A stretch of DNA of 64,000 nucleotides from Candidatus Thorarchaeota archaeon (GCA_048884965.1 JBHLQH010000018.1:1-64000); one strand, 5' to 3'. Positions 29,500 through 39,116 are shown, counted from the stretch's first letter. The notes: generated by a model from the sequence alone, not told the origin. Translations and numbers: made by a program.

Positions 29500-30066
29500 T
29501 TATGCTAGACCGCCAGCCTCCAATATTTTAATGGCAAGCTCTAAGAAAGCCGCTTCAACGTTCTTGCCTGTCTTTGCCGAGGTCTCAAGGTATGATGCGT
29601 GTGTGCCCATCTTTACGATACTGTCAGCAAGTTTCTGGCCTTCTTCTGTGGTCACGATTGTCTGTTTCATTACAGGATTGTCTTGGAACTGATCTCTCAA
29701 ATCGGTCTTGTTTCCAATGAGAACAACGGGAATCTTCTTCCCAGCGTTCGTCCAAGCCTCTTCCAGCCAATCCTTGATGTTATCGAAGGATGAACGCTCG
29801 ACAGTAGAGAAGACTGCCATTGCGCCTTGAGCACCTTTGTAGAAGGTTGAGCGCACATTCTTGAAGTGCTCTTGACCAGCCAGATCCCAAATCTGGATGC
29901 TCACGTCATGACCACCTGCCAATTGCATCTTCTTTACGGCAAAGTCAGCTCCAATGGTGATCTGGTAATGGGCCTTGAAGCCTTCACCCATATACGTACG
30001 TCTCAAGCTCGTCTTTCCGACTGACCCATCGCCCATGAGTACAACTTTGAAGAGGGCAGTTACCAT
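29500..30066 (-). CDS. Rab-like small GTPase with post-G4 insertion
   Basis: GDGSVGKT, TIGADF, WDLAGQE, NKTD, ETSAK. Confidence 0.92.
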   Translation of the reverse strand: MVTALFKVVLMGDGSVGKTSLRRTYMGEGFKAHYQITIGADFAVKKMQLAGGHDVSIQIWDLAGQEHFKNVRSTFYKGAQGAMAVFSTVERSSFDNIKDWLEEAWTNAGKKIPVVLIGNKTDLRDQFQDNPVMKQTIVTTEEGQKLADSIVKMGTHASYLETSAKTGKNVEAAFLELAIKILEAGGLA

Positions 30067-30295
30067 TTATTCAAACCCACCTGTTTGGTGCGCGACCACT
30101 TAGAATTGTGGAGTGATTCTTGGTTATTAAAGTTCTTTGTCACTAGTGTATCTTACTTTCGGGCACCACTCCGCCCCCAAAGTGTACTTCCAGAGGGATG
30201 AGAAGCTTGAGAAAAGATAACAATTCGATGCGACATACTTCTTTTGCACTAGACTACCGCCACCAAATCCTGAATGATGATGCTAGGTGATCCCC

Positions 30296-30565
30296 TTGGG
30301 ACGTACCGCTAGGACATTTCGCAATGCAGTTGATATTGAAGAGGCGCGATGGAAGCCCTTCAGAAGAACATTGAAACCCTCCCATAGAACCAGTCTAGAT
30401 CAGATCTTCGACTATGCACGATTATGTGCAGATGCTGGAACCATGATGTCGACTCCACGAGTGACCGAGGTGGTCTTGATCTCCACCATACTTGAGATGC
30501 TACAAGAGATACAGGACCTTAGAGAGAAGGTCAGGCATCTTGAGACCGAGAAGGGACCGGCATGA
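30296..30565 (+). CDS. Small PolB2-associated protein (arCOG07300-like)
   Basis: MGRT..TFR...W..FRR.L motif; ATGA overlap with polB2. Confidence 0.7.
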   Translation: MGRTARTFRNAVDIEEARWKPFRRTLKPSHRTSLDQIFDYARLCADAGTMMSTPRVTEVVLISTILEMLQEIQDLREKVRHLETEKGPA

Positions 30566-32835
30566 GAAGAAGAGGCTGGATCCTTGATGCCAGCGTGGAC
30601 CAAGAGAAACAAGTGTTCACGCTATGGATAAAGGAAGAAGGAAAGACGCGAGGCTATACATACGATGGGTTCAAGCCGTCCCTCTACGTGACCACGAGCT
30701 TGCTTGAAGATTCGGAATGGACTGACAGGAACGTCATCCAGATGATCTCGCGCCATCAAGATGTCGTTAGCGTGGAGATTGTCCCTCGATTCGCATCGGT
30801 CTACGATGATGAACCAAGACGGGTGCTATGTGTTTCAACCGAAATCGGGACCCAGAGAGAGGTAGCAAGAGACCTCGAGAAACTACCGGATTCTACCGTG
30901 TTCCATGAGGAGATTGAGCCAGTACAGCAGTTCTTCATGGACACTGATATCTTCCCCTTTGGTCGCGTGGACTTCGAAGAGAAGGATGGTGTGGTCACAG
31001 AAATCACCTGCATCGATAGTAGAGATGATGCAGAATATGATACGCCTCATTTAGTGGAGATGGGTATTGAGGTAGTAATCGATGCAGAAGGACTGTTCCC
31101 TCAGTTCGAGGACCCGATACGCTATATCGAGGTCTACGACCAAGGAAGAATCATACGGATCGAGGAGGAGGACGAACGTGAGATGCTCCGTCAGCTTCAG
31201 GAGGCAGTGGAACGTATCGACCCCGATGTGATAGTGACCAGAGGTGGGGATGACCATCTCTTCAGATATCTGTCACTACGGGCAAAGGTCAATGAGGTGC
31301 AGCTCATATTCTCACGCGATGGTGGAGCCCTTGAGGTAGCACAAAGAGAGCCAAACTCCTTCTGGCAATACAACCAGATTGTCTTCAAGTCAGGAAATCA
31401 GGTCATGTTCAATGGACGCTTGCATATCGACAAGAAAGAGAGCCTTTACTACTCCCCCTCAGGTATGGAGGGTGTGATAGAGGGCTGTAGGATGGCTTTC
31501 GCGCGTCCTCAGAAGGTCGCACGAATGTCGATTGGTACAGCGAATGCGTCAGCGCAGTTCTATACAGCGCACAAGATGGGGATTCTCATTCCTCCTGTGA
31601 AGCGAAACCCCGAGTTCCTCAAGACTGTGAACGATCTTGCGACAATTGATAGAGGGGGACTGATCTTCCAACCACGTCCAGGAATCTATGAGAATGTCGC
31701 AGAAGTGGACTTTGCATCCATGTACCCAACCCTCATGGTCACACGGAACATCAGTCCAGAAACTATCTGTACAAGGAAGCAATGTCCGTATAACTACCAG
31801 TACTGTATCGACATTCCCGAACTGAGCTTCAAGATTTGCAATCGGAGGAGAGGAATAGTTTCGAAGTCATTGGAAGTCGTCGTACGAAAACGGAACGAAT
31901 TCAAGGACCTCATACTTCGGGGCGACGATACGAAGAAGTACAAGCTCAAGCAGAACACACTGAAAGGCATCCTCGTTTCGTGCTTTGGGTATCTGGGCTT
32001 CAAAAATGCAAAATTTGGAAGGGTTGAGGCACATACTGCAGTATGTGCGTTTGCGCGAGATGTCCTCCTTAAGACCCAAGAGATTGGAGAAACCATGGGA
32101 CTGCACACGGTCCATGGAATCGTAGATTCGCTTTGGATAAGCTCCGATGAGCCGCTTGACTATGAACAGCTCCAGGAGTTTTGCAGACGGGTCAGCAAGG
32201 CGGTCGATATAGAAATGTCATTGAAGGGAGTCTACAAATGGATGGTCATCCCTTCTTCGCGAATGCATCCTTCTATCGCTCCGCTCAATCGATACTACGG
32301 GGTTTATCGAAATGGAGGGATAAAGACTAGGGGCATTGAAACGAGGCGTCGTGATACCTGTATGTATGTGGGAGACTGCCAAAAGCAGATGATCGAGGTC
32401 CTTGCTAGAGGTGCCAACAAACAGGAGTTCATCGATCTTATACCAGAGGCATACTCGGTATGTCAATCATTCATTGACAGGCTATTCAAGGGAGATGTGG
32501 ACATGCGAGACCTCGTCCTACATTCTAGGTTGACTCGAGAGCCACATGAGTACAGAGCCACTTCACGAGCTGCAGTTGTCGCCAAGCAACTAGTTGCAGT
32601 AGGAAAGGAACTTCATGCAGGACAGAAAGTCAAGTATGTAATGGTGGACTCGGATGCATCGAGTCCTTTCAGACGAGTCAAGGCGCTTGAGCTACTGGAT
32701 GAATCAACACCCTATGACCCTCAAGCCTATGCAGATCTCTGTATCCGTGCATTTGAAAACCTTATACCAGCTCAACATCTTGATCCCTCCGTGCAGGAAT
32801 CAGAAAGAGGGTTTGCTGTGGCCAAACTGGTTTAG
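30562..32835 (+). CDS. polB2: Family B DNA polymerase, PolB2 group
   Basis: DFASMYP, KxxLVSCFGY, motif C variant HGIVDSLW, KTRGIE; degenerate exonuclease motifs. Confidence 0.88.
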   Translation: MRRRGWILDASVDQEKQVFTLWIKEEGKTRGYTYDGFKPSLYVTTSLLEDSEWTDRNVIQMISRHQDVVSVEIVPRFASVYDDEPRRVLCVSTEIGTQREVARDLEKLPDSTVFHEEIEPVQQFFMDTDIFPFGRVDFEEKDGVVTEITCIDSRDDAEYDTPHLVEMGIEVVIDAEGLFPQFEDPIRYIEVYDQGRIIRIEEEDEREMLRQLQEAVERIDPDVIVTRGGDDHLFRYLSLRAKVNEVQLIFSRDGGALEVAQREPNSFWQYNQIVFKSGNQVMFNGRLHIDKKESLYYSPSGMEGVIEGCRMAFARPQKVARMSIGTANASAQFYTAHKMGILIPPVKRNPEFLKTVNDLATIDRGGLIFQPRPGIYENVAEVDFASMYPTLMVTRNISPETICTRKQCPYNYQYCIDIPELSFKICNRRRGIVSKSLEVVVRKRNEFKDLILRGDDTKKYKLKQNTLKGILVSCFGYLGFKNAKFGRVEAHTAVCAFARDVLLKTQEIGETMGLHTVHGIVDSLWISSDEPLDYEQLQEFCRRVSKAVDIEMSLKGVYKWMVIPSSRMHPSIAPLNRYYGVYRNGGIKTRGIETRRRDTCMYVGDCQKQMIEVLARGANKQEFIDLIPEAYSVCQSFIDRLFKGDVDMRDLVLHSRLTREPHEYRATSRAAVVAKQLVAVGKELHAGQKVKYVMVDSDASSPFRRVKALELLDESTPYDPQAYADLCIRAFENLIPAQHLDPSVQESERGFAVAKLV

Positions 32836-32838
32836 CGG

Positions 32839-34200
32839 TCATTCAGTGACAGCTTGTGCCTGAAGAACGATACGAGGCTTGAGCTCTCGGATGGGAATAC
32901 CAGTTTCCTTGGCAACCTTCGCCACATCATCAGCTTCTGGCTTTATGTTGATGATACTACCATCTGAACCTCTGGATACTTTGACACGAACCATGAACTC
33001 CTTATCATCAATCTCAAGGCGACAGACAACGGTATCGCGCTCAGCTTTGAGGCGATTCCATTCGGTATAGCGAATACCCAGAGTTCCCAGATGCTTAATC
33101 ATGAGTTCAGCGATGCTTTTTAGTCCAGCCTTTGCTGCTATGACTTTTACAAGATAACAAGGACGGTTCTTCTTGCCATATGCAGGAATCATGATGACAT
33201 CATAGGCAAGACCTTCAGAGAGCAGGATTTCAAAAAGATTCCCCATCACTTCGCCATCAACATCATCTACATTTGTTTCAATTACCATAACTTCGTCAGC
33301 ATTCCAATCATCCAACATATCTTTTCGCTCCTTCAGGGTTTTCTTAGGCTCTATGGGGACTTCTTTTTTCTTGGGCTTTTCTTCCTTCTTTGGCTCCTCT
33401 TTTGGTTTCACAGGAGTTGCTTTAGCTTCTGTGCCTTCAGGAACCTCTATCACGCCAACTGAGAGTCGGAGAATATTGGGCACACCACCAAGATCACGGG
33501 TTCCCAGTCCGGCACTTTGCTTTTCAATGATGAAGTTGTCAGCAGACTCGACAAACTCATCAACAAGAGTTGCAAGCAATGCTGCACCAGTAGGAGTTAG
33601 TACCTCTGTGTTGGCATTGCCAGGATGATTTGGAATTTCACGTGCAACTATAATCTCTGCAACTGCTGGTACTGGTACTTCAAGTAATCCATGCTCAGTC
33701 TGAATTGAACCATTACCGACTGCCACAGATGTACAAATGAAGCGAGTATCGTGGAGATAGCCAGACTTTTCGAGAAGATAAGCGGTGCCAATCACGTCGA
33801 GAATTGTATCGACGGTTCCTGTTTCATGGAGATGTAGTTTCTCAACAGGTGTATCATGAGCTCGCACCTCAGCTTGTATAATCTCGTTAAGAGCCTCTTG
33901 AGCGAATTTAATCGCCTTCTTTGAGAGCTCGAGTTCTTCTGCAACAGACAAAAGAATCTCCTCAAGGGAACTAGGGCTAAAACGGACGTTCTTGTCCTTT
34001 GTAACCTCTAACCGTTTTCCTGAGATTCCATCGATTGTGTCCTGATGTATTTTCACTCGTATCGCGGGATCATAAATGAGAAGACTTGCAGCGACTGGAA
34101 CGATAGCCTCATTATCACCAATAAGGTCTATCAAAGCAGAGAGAATCATATCTCCTGATGCTCCAGCCTTTGATGCATCTATCAGTACAGTCTTACTCAC
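32839..34200 (-). CDS. larC: Nickel-pincer cofactor Ni-insertase
   Basis: GASGDM, HLHETG, HG..PVPA, TPTGAA, ETNVDD, KKNRP, TLGIR. Confidence 0.9.
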   Translation of the reverse strand: MSKTVLIDASKAGASGDMILSALIDLIGDNEAIVPVAASLLIYDPAIRVKIHQDTIDGISGKRLEVTKDKNVRFSPSSLEEILLSVAEELELSKKAIKFAQEALNEIIQAEVRAHDTPVEKLHLHETGTVDTILDVIGTAYLLEKSGYLHDTRFICTSVAVGNGSIQTEHGLLEVPVPAVAEIIVAREIPNHPGNANTEVLTPTGAALLATLVDEFVESADNFIIEKQSAGLGTRDLGGVPNILRLSVGVIEVPEGTEAKATPVKPKEEPKKEEKPKKKEVPIEPKKTLKERKDMLDDWNADEVMVIETNVDDVDGEVMGNLFEILLSEGLAYDVIMIPAYGKKNRPCYLVKVIAAKAGLKSIAELMIKHLGTLGIRYTEWNRLKAERDTVVCRLEIDDKEFMVRVKVSRGSDGSIINIKPEADDVAKVAKETGIPIRELKPRIVLQAQAVTE

Positions 34201-34289
34201 TCAGCCCATTCTCCGAATGTTCTCTTTGGAAAGGAAAAACAGGAAACTCCTTTTCTTTCTTTCGAGCACGTATTCATACTGCGTTAGAC

Positions 34290-35072
34290 CTATATGGCGG
34301 TTTCTTTCCGTCGCCACTGCTCAAAGATTGCCATATACATGCACTCTTGGGGATGGATCCACATCTCAGATGAATCGAAGGATGCATCAATCATCTCCAC
34401 GGGGGCGTTTCGAATCAATGCCGCAGGAATCGATTCATCAGACTCTCCCATGACCGCAGTGCATGCGGATGAAAGATTATCTGCTATGGCTCTTCGAGTG
34501 ATTCTCATAACATTTCCAAACAAGTCCGTACGACCTCTATCGTCAGCAACAGGTCTGAATCCTGCCACACCCAATGCCATACCGATATTGCCTAGACGAA
34601 GGGGTTGAGTCCTACTGTCAATAATAAGAACACCAACGTTCTTCCCAAATCGTTCCTTAATTTGATATCTGATTCGTTCAGCACTCTTCCTGGAATCCTT
34701 TGGAAGAAGGGATGCGTATCCGGGAGGAACATTTGATTTGTCTACACCTGCATTTGCCATGAGGGTATTGTTCTTGATGGTGAGAAGAACATGAGGGATT
34801 CCGCCAAGAATCTCATCAGCCTCATCTATGACCAACTGGGCCACAGCAGGATGCATAGTATATCTGTCAGCCAGTTCTTTCGCCTTTGGAGATACTGTCA
34901 CATTTTCAAGGCTCACGACCTGTCCTTCGGTCGTACCCAGAGGCGTTTCAGCAATTCCCAAGATGTCACCATCTTCAAACGAGTGCCCAATTCGTTCCAG
35001 GCCTTCGAGTATCACATCCAAGAATTCATCGTCTTGTGTGATTATTCTAGTCTTAATCGGAATGACTTGCAT
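34290..35072 (-). CDS. cofE: Coenzyme F420:gamma-glutamyl ligase
   Basis: ANAGVDKSN, DSRTQPLR.G, DLFG, MGESDE..P. Confidence 0.9.
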   Translation of the reverse strand: MQVIPIKTRIITQDDEFLDVILEGLERIGHSFEDGDILGIAETPLGTTEGQVVSLENVTVSPKAKELADRYTMHPAVAQLVIDEADEILGGIPHVLLTIKNNTLMANAGVDKSNVPPGYASLLPKDSRKSAERIRYQIKERFGKNVGVLIIDSRTQPLRLGNIGMALGVAGFRPVADDRGRTDLFGNVMRITRRAIADNLSSACTAVMGESDESIPAALIRNAPVEMIDASFDSSEMWIHPQECMYMAIFEQWRRKETAI

Positions 35073-35129
35073 AGAAAGCACAGGTTGGATAAGAACTCGT
35101 GCAGTTCATAAAGACTTCTTATCGCATGA

Positions 35130-36548
35130 TCAACCCGGTCTTTGCTGTTTCATTCTTGCACCCATGATGCATTTGTCACCCCTACGGCCTCCCATAGGAT
35201 TATGGCGCGTACCCATCGAATTCATACAGCGAGCAGCTACTGCGGCGCCATAGGCTAGGCCATCCTCAACGAATACTATCTGATGGCTATCAATCCATGG
35301 AGAACCATCGTGAGTGCTTAGGGTTGAAACAATGATTTGTGGCTTGCCACCAGTTGTTATGGCTCGACCTGTTAGACCGAGAGATGTTTCAGTCAACACC
35401 AGACCATTCTTCTCGACAAGGGAAACAAGACGCTGAACTAGGACAGATTGTACAGAATCGATGACCGCATGGAGCCCCTCAGGTCCGAATTCAGTGGCTA
35501 TCTCTCTCCCTTTCTCTTGGAGGAGATGCAGATCTGATCCATTCTCACCGACATCAACACCCATCACGACGACTCCAGACTCCATAGCGGCTATAGTATT
35601 CACTGGTACAGTACCATATCGCTCGATACCGCTCTCAAGGGTTTCCACCTTGATGAGGGAATGAATCGTGTCAATGAGGGAAGGGAGAACTTCTAAGGAT
35701 CTTCTAACCCGCTTCAAGGGAAGATCTAGGGCAGTCGCATGCGGAAGCTGAACAAGACCAGATCCTGCAACCAGAGCGTCGGGGATAGCCCCAGCTAATC
35801 CAACAAAAGACCCTATGGTATGGGAATATGGAAAGGAATCATCAGTAACCCGACCCGCTAATGTGGTCCCAAAATCAAGTGTCAAAACAGGATTCCTGAA
35901 GTCGATATCCGTTGATTTGACTGCGCCTTTGATGCCTGCTGTTACCAGCTCTCCTTCCATCTCATTACCCACAATACTAGCATCCGCAGGAGGTAGGCTA
36001 CTTGTAATGGCACCATCAAAGTAGACCTGTTTCAACCAGGTGAATTCTTGCAAGCCAAGAGGCAGATTCTCGGGAGAAAGAGAGGCGGTCATCTTCCTAG
36101 GAGGAATCCCTGCCATAAGACATCCTTCTGCAAGTGCCTTTACCATCTCACCTACATCTTCGGGATGCATGAATCCAGCAGTAACGCCTGTTGAACGAAC
36201 TACAAAATGCAGGTCTGTGTCGATGCTCATCCCACTAGACCTCAATACAGAAGTGATGATATCTGATACAAATTCTGACACGGATTCTCTAGTTAGTTTG
36301 ACTCCTACAAGGGTTTCTCCGAAAACCTCTTCCTCAGGTCTAGGAGAACGCACATCGCGTGTGAATCTGACTTCCTTGGCGATTTGATATATTTCTGCAG
36401 TCCTCAGATCAGTGGTTGAAAGAATGCATTTTGTGGTTGTATTCCCTAGCTCAACTGAAGCAACCGTGAAGAAAGGACCTAAGCGCGTAGTTGAAACACC
36501 AACAGAACGAGGCTGTATCACCTTAACACGTTGAGTCAACTGAATCAC
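35130..36548 (-). CDS. Methanogenesis marker protein 14 (ASKHA-fold, reactivase-like)
   Basis: VASVELGNTTTKCI, VRSTGVTAG, NEMEGEL, DFGTTLAGR, EDGLA.GAAV.ARCMNS.G..NP.GG.RG..C. Confidence 0.85.
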   Translation of the reverse strand: MIQLTQRVKVIQPRSVGVSTTRLGPFFTVASVELGNTTTKCILSTTDLRTAEIYQIAKEVRFTRDVRSPRPEEEVFGETLVGVKLTRESVSEFVSDIITSVLRSSGMSIDTDLHFVVRSTGVTAGFMHPEDVGEMVKALAEGCLMAGIPPRKMTASLSPENLPLGLQEFTWLKQVYFDGAITSSLPPADASIVGNEMEGELVTAGIKGAVKSTDIDFRNPVLTLDFGTTLAGRVTDDSFPYSHTIGSFVGLAGAIPDALVAGSGLVQLPHATALDLPLKRVRRSLEVLPSLIDTIHSLIKVETLESGIERYGTVPVNTIAAMESGVVVMGVDVGENGSDLHLLQEKGREIATEFGPEGLHAVIDSVQSVLVQRLVSLVEKNGLVLTETSLGLTGRAITTGGKPQIIVSTLSTHDGSPWIDSHQIVFVEDGLAYGAAVAARCMNSMGTRHNPMGGRRGDKCIMGARMKQQRPG

Positions 36549-37493
36549 CTAGAAGAGCCGTTTCAGTGGATGATCATCAGGAGCGTCTATACCGAATTCC
36601 AGATTCGCATACTCTGCAGAAAACACATCTGCCATAGCAATTATTGGAAACACTGAGCTTGCATTTTTGATTGGTCCGTACAGAACAAAATCCCCACCCA
36701 ATAGCTGTACTGCTAGATTTGAGGAGAAATCACATGCCTTGAATGCTTCCTTGTTCTTCTTCTTATACTCATTAAGCCAAGGCCATGACGATGGCGCATT
36801 GTGGATACCAGACCCTGTTGGCAATCCATATTTCGACTTGGAAACAAAGGTGAATGCAAGTGATGAGCCAGCTCCTGCACCCATTGCGGTAGTAGCAGTG
36901 TCGATGAGTGGTTTTGTTATTCCCAATTCATCGCATAATGTTAGGAGACCTGTATCCAGATTCAATGCGCCTTGTTCAAGGATGGCGCGTCGGCCAGCAA
37001 TCGATGGATCTTGTGGGTTAAATGCAAGGATTATTGCGGATTCGTGTTGGAATTCCTTGAGGAATTCGATCTCTTCCTCAGTAGCTGAGATGTTCAAGGA
37101 ATTGTATATGACTCGGTCAAGAAGCCCCGTTTCTTCAGCATAACGCAGGCCTGCACATCGAACATCAGCACTAGTTGAATCTATGATGAGTGGAGCGTCA
37201 GAATGCTCTGCGGCGAAATCGATGAATTTCCTCAATGCCTCATCTGATTCTGACACAATTTGAACCATACAGGGATTACCAGTTGTCGAAGACATCTCAT
37301 CTTGGATATTGATGAGCTCCTCTGCTTCCGATCGGTCAAAAATGCCGCGGAGGGGATCACTAACAACCTTGTGTCCGCTGTAGAAGATGCTCCCAGCAAG
37401 AACGGTTGGTAGCTCTCCGGGGTTCCCTCCGATACGTACGCCGCCAATCGTATGGATTATCTGCTCTTTCTGAAAGATGAACACTTGTTTCAC
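36549..37493 (-). CDS. mtrH: Methyl-tetrahydropterin:corrinoid methyltransferase MtrH (paralog 1)
   Basis: GGNPGELPTVLAGSIFY, IIDST, IYNS, HNAPSSW, DFVLYGPI. Confidence 0.9.
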   Translation of the reverse strand: MKQVFIFQKEQIIHTIGGVRIGGNPGELPTVLAGSIFYSGHKVVSDPLRGIFDRSEAEELINIQDEMSSTTGNPCMVQIVSESDEALRKFIDFAAEHSDAPLIIDSTSADVRCAGLRYAEETGLLDRVIYNSLNISATEEEIEFLKEFQHESAIILAFNPQDPSIAGRRAILEQGALNLDTGLLTLCDELGITKPLIDTATTAMGAGAGSSLAFTFVSKSKYGLPTGSGIHNAPSSWPWLNEYKKKNKEAFKACDFSSNLAVQLLGGDFVLYGPIKNASSVFPIIAMADVFSAEYANLEFGIDAPDDHPLKRLF

Positions 37494-38182
37494 GACTCCT
37501 TACCGATGAGAACCGTCCCGTCCTCACTCTCACGTACTTCAATCCCTATGGATGTTGGACTATCAGAGACCCTAGCATCAGTTGTCTGAGCATATACTAG
37601 AGAAGTGTCAGGATGGTAGAATAGACTGACTTCAGGCACTAATGATACAGGAGCCACCATCTTTGCAGCCTTCTTCTTCTTCGTTCTGCTCTTGAAATCA
37701 ATCCATATAGGCTCATCAGGGTAGGGTTGGAATGGCAATAGATTTAGCTCTTCAGCCTTCTCTGCAATCCGTATAGGGTCTGACACATTCATCATATCAA
37801 TGAACTCGATTTGCTCTCGAAATCGAGTAACGGCTTCAATTGGGATATTCTCTATGAATGGGATAGCTCCTGTAGCTTCAAGGATACGACGAGTATCAGC
37901 ATCAATCCCATGGTCATATAGTGATTTCATAGATGCACCAGTATGATGTCCAGGTACTTCTGGGCCTGCCAATATGAAGAAACGTATCATCGGATTGGAC
38001 ACGACGTTCACAATGACTCTCTCAATGCCAATATTCTCAGTCTTACAGGTCCCAATTATTGCATATCTCGTATGGACATCTATCTTCTTACCCAGAGTGC
38101 ATATCGCCACTGAGGATGTGAGATCTCCAATCTCAAAATCACCTGGAACCGGAGGCCAGTCCGTCTTTACCTCATTCACCAT
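37490..38182 (-). CDS. mtrA: Corrinoid protein MtrA, soluble (no TM anchor), with C-terminal extension
   Basis: WPPVPGD, CKTENIGIE, NPMIRF, EVPGH (His ligand), GAIPFIEN, RFREQ. Confidence 0.9.
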   Translation of the reverse strand: MVNEVKTDWPPVPGDFEIGDLTSSVAICTLGKKIDVHTRYAIIGTCKTENIGIERVIVNVVSNPMIRFFILAGPEVPGHHTGASMKSLYDHGIDADTRRILEATGAIPFIENIPIEAVTRFREQIEFIDMMNVSDPIRIAEKAEELNLLPFQPYPDEPIWIDFKSRTKKKKAAKMVAPVSLVPEVSLFYHPDTSLVYAQTTDARVSDSPTSIGIEVRESEDGTVLIGKES

Positions 38183-38194
38183 CTTTTCAGCCTC

Positions 38195-39112
38195 CTATTC
38201 AAAAGTCGGTGGTTCGAACAGGTCTTGCTTTTGTCCCAGTGTCCGATAGGACTCTCCAAGTCCTGTGCTTGTTGCATTGGCAATTAGCGATACAGCTGTG
38301 AATATCTCTCTGCTACGCTTCAACGATCCAAACATGATACAATCAGTGGCAAATAGTTGTGCTGCGACAGCTGAAGCAACAATAGAGGACAGATGGGAGG
38401 ATTCCTCACTATATTCATGTTCTTTCAGAAACTTCCACGCAGATGGAGCGTTGTGAGAACCAAGACAGGTAGGAAGACCAAATTCGGATTTAATCGCCAC
38501 GATGGTGCGATAGTCCAGCCCATATCCTGCTCCTACAGGCATAGTAGCGGGATCGACTAATTTCTTCTTGAAGCCAAGCTCATCTGTCATATCAAGAACC
38601 TGTTGGATCACCTTCATTCGTTCCGGTAGAGAGGTTGTTTTTGGAGACCAGCCTAGAGCCACAGCTACATCAAGCGAAGAACCACGTAGAGATTCCTTCT
38701 CTTCGTCTTTCAAAGATATGTTGACACCGTTATAGATCGCTCTATCAAAAAGACCTTGGTCCTCGCATAGCTCGATTGCCTGAATTCGAGCACGAGGATT
38801 GATTGACTCGAACATGAAGGGACCATCGAAATTCTCAACGATCCAAGAAATATGCGATTCCATGGCTTCAGGGGTTCGCCCATATATCTGTAGGACGAGG
38901 GGATGACCGGTCCGTGCGGATGCTGCTTCTGCAATCTCTATCCAATTCTTCGCAAGACTTCTGTCAAATGCACCTGTTTTTGTATCTGCCACTATCTCCT
39001 GGCCTGTGAAGAATAAGCCTCCCACAAGAACTGTTGGATTCTCTCCTGCAGCACCACCAAAGGTGATTCCTTTGAAATCAAATGACTGTTGTTTTGTCTT
39101 GAACACGAACAA
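38195..39112 (-). CDS. mtrH: MtrH-family methyltransferase (divergent paralog 2)
   Basis: MFVFK, GG..GENPTVL.G..F, IYNG, HNAPSAW. Confidence 0.8.
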   Translation of the reverse strand: MFVFKTKQQSFDFKGITFGGAAGENPTVLVGGLFFTGQEIVADTKTGAFDRSLAKNWIEIAEAASARTGHPLVLQIYGRTPEAMESHISWIVENFDGPFMFESINPRARIQAIELCEDQGLFDRAIYNGVNISLKDEEKESLRGSSLDVAVALGWSPKTTSLPERMKVIQQVLDMTDELGFKKKLVDPATMPVGAGYGLDYRTIVAIKSEFGLPTCLGSHNAPSAWKFLKEHEYSEESSHLSSIVASAVAAQLFATDCIMFGSLKRSREIFTAVSLIANATSTGLGESYRTLGQKQDLFEPPTFE

Positions 39113-39116
39113 AGTA

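Noticed and set aside
30130-30260. Repeated TACTT(T/C) words upstream of the polB2 operon as a DNA-damage box
   Set aside because: Too short and degenerate to distinguish from chance.
35130-39112. Evidence for methanogenesis
   Set aside because: No mcr and no membrane mtrCDE in the window; MtrA/MtrH and marker 14 alone do not imply methane formation.
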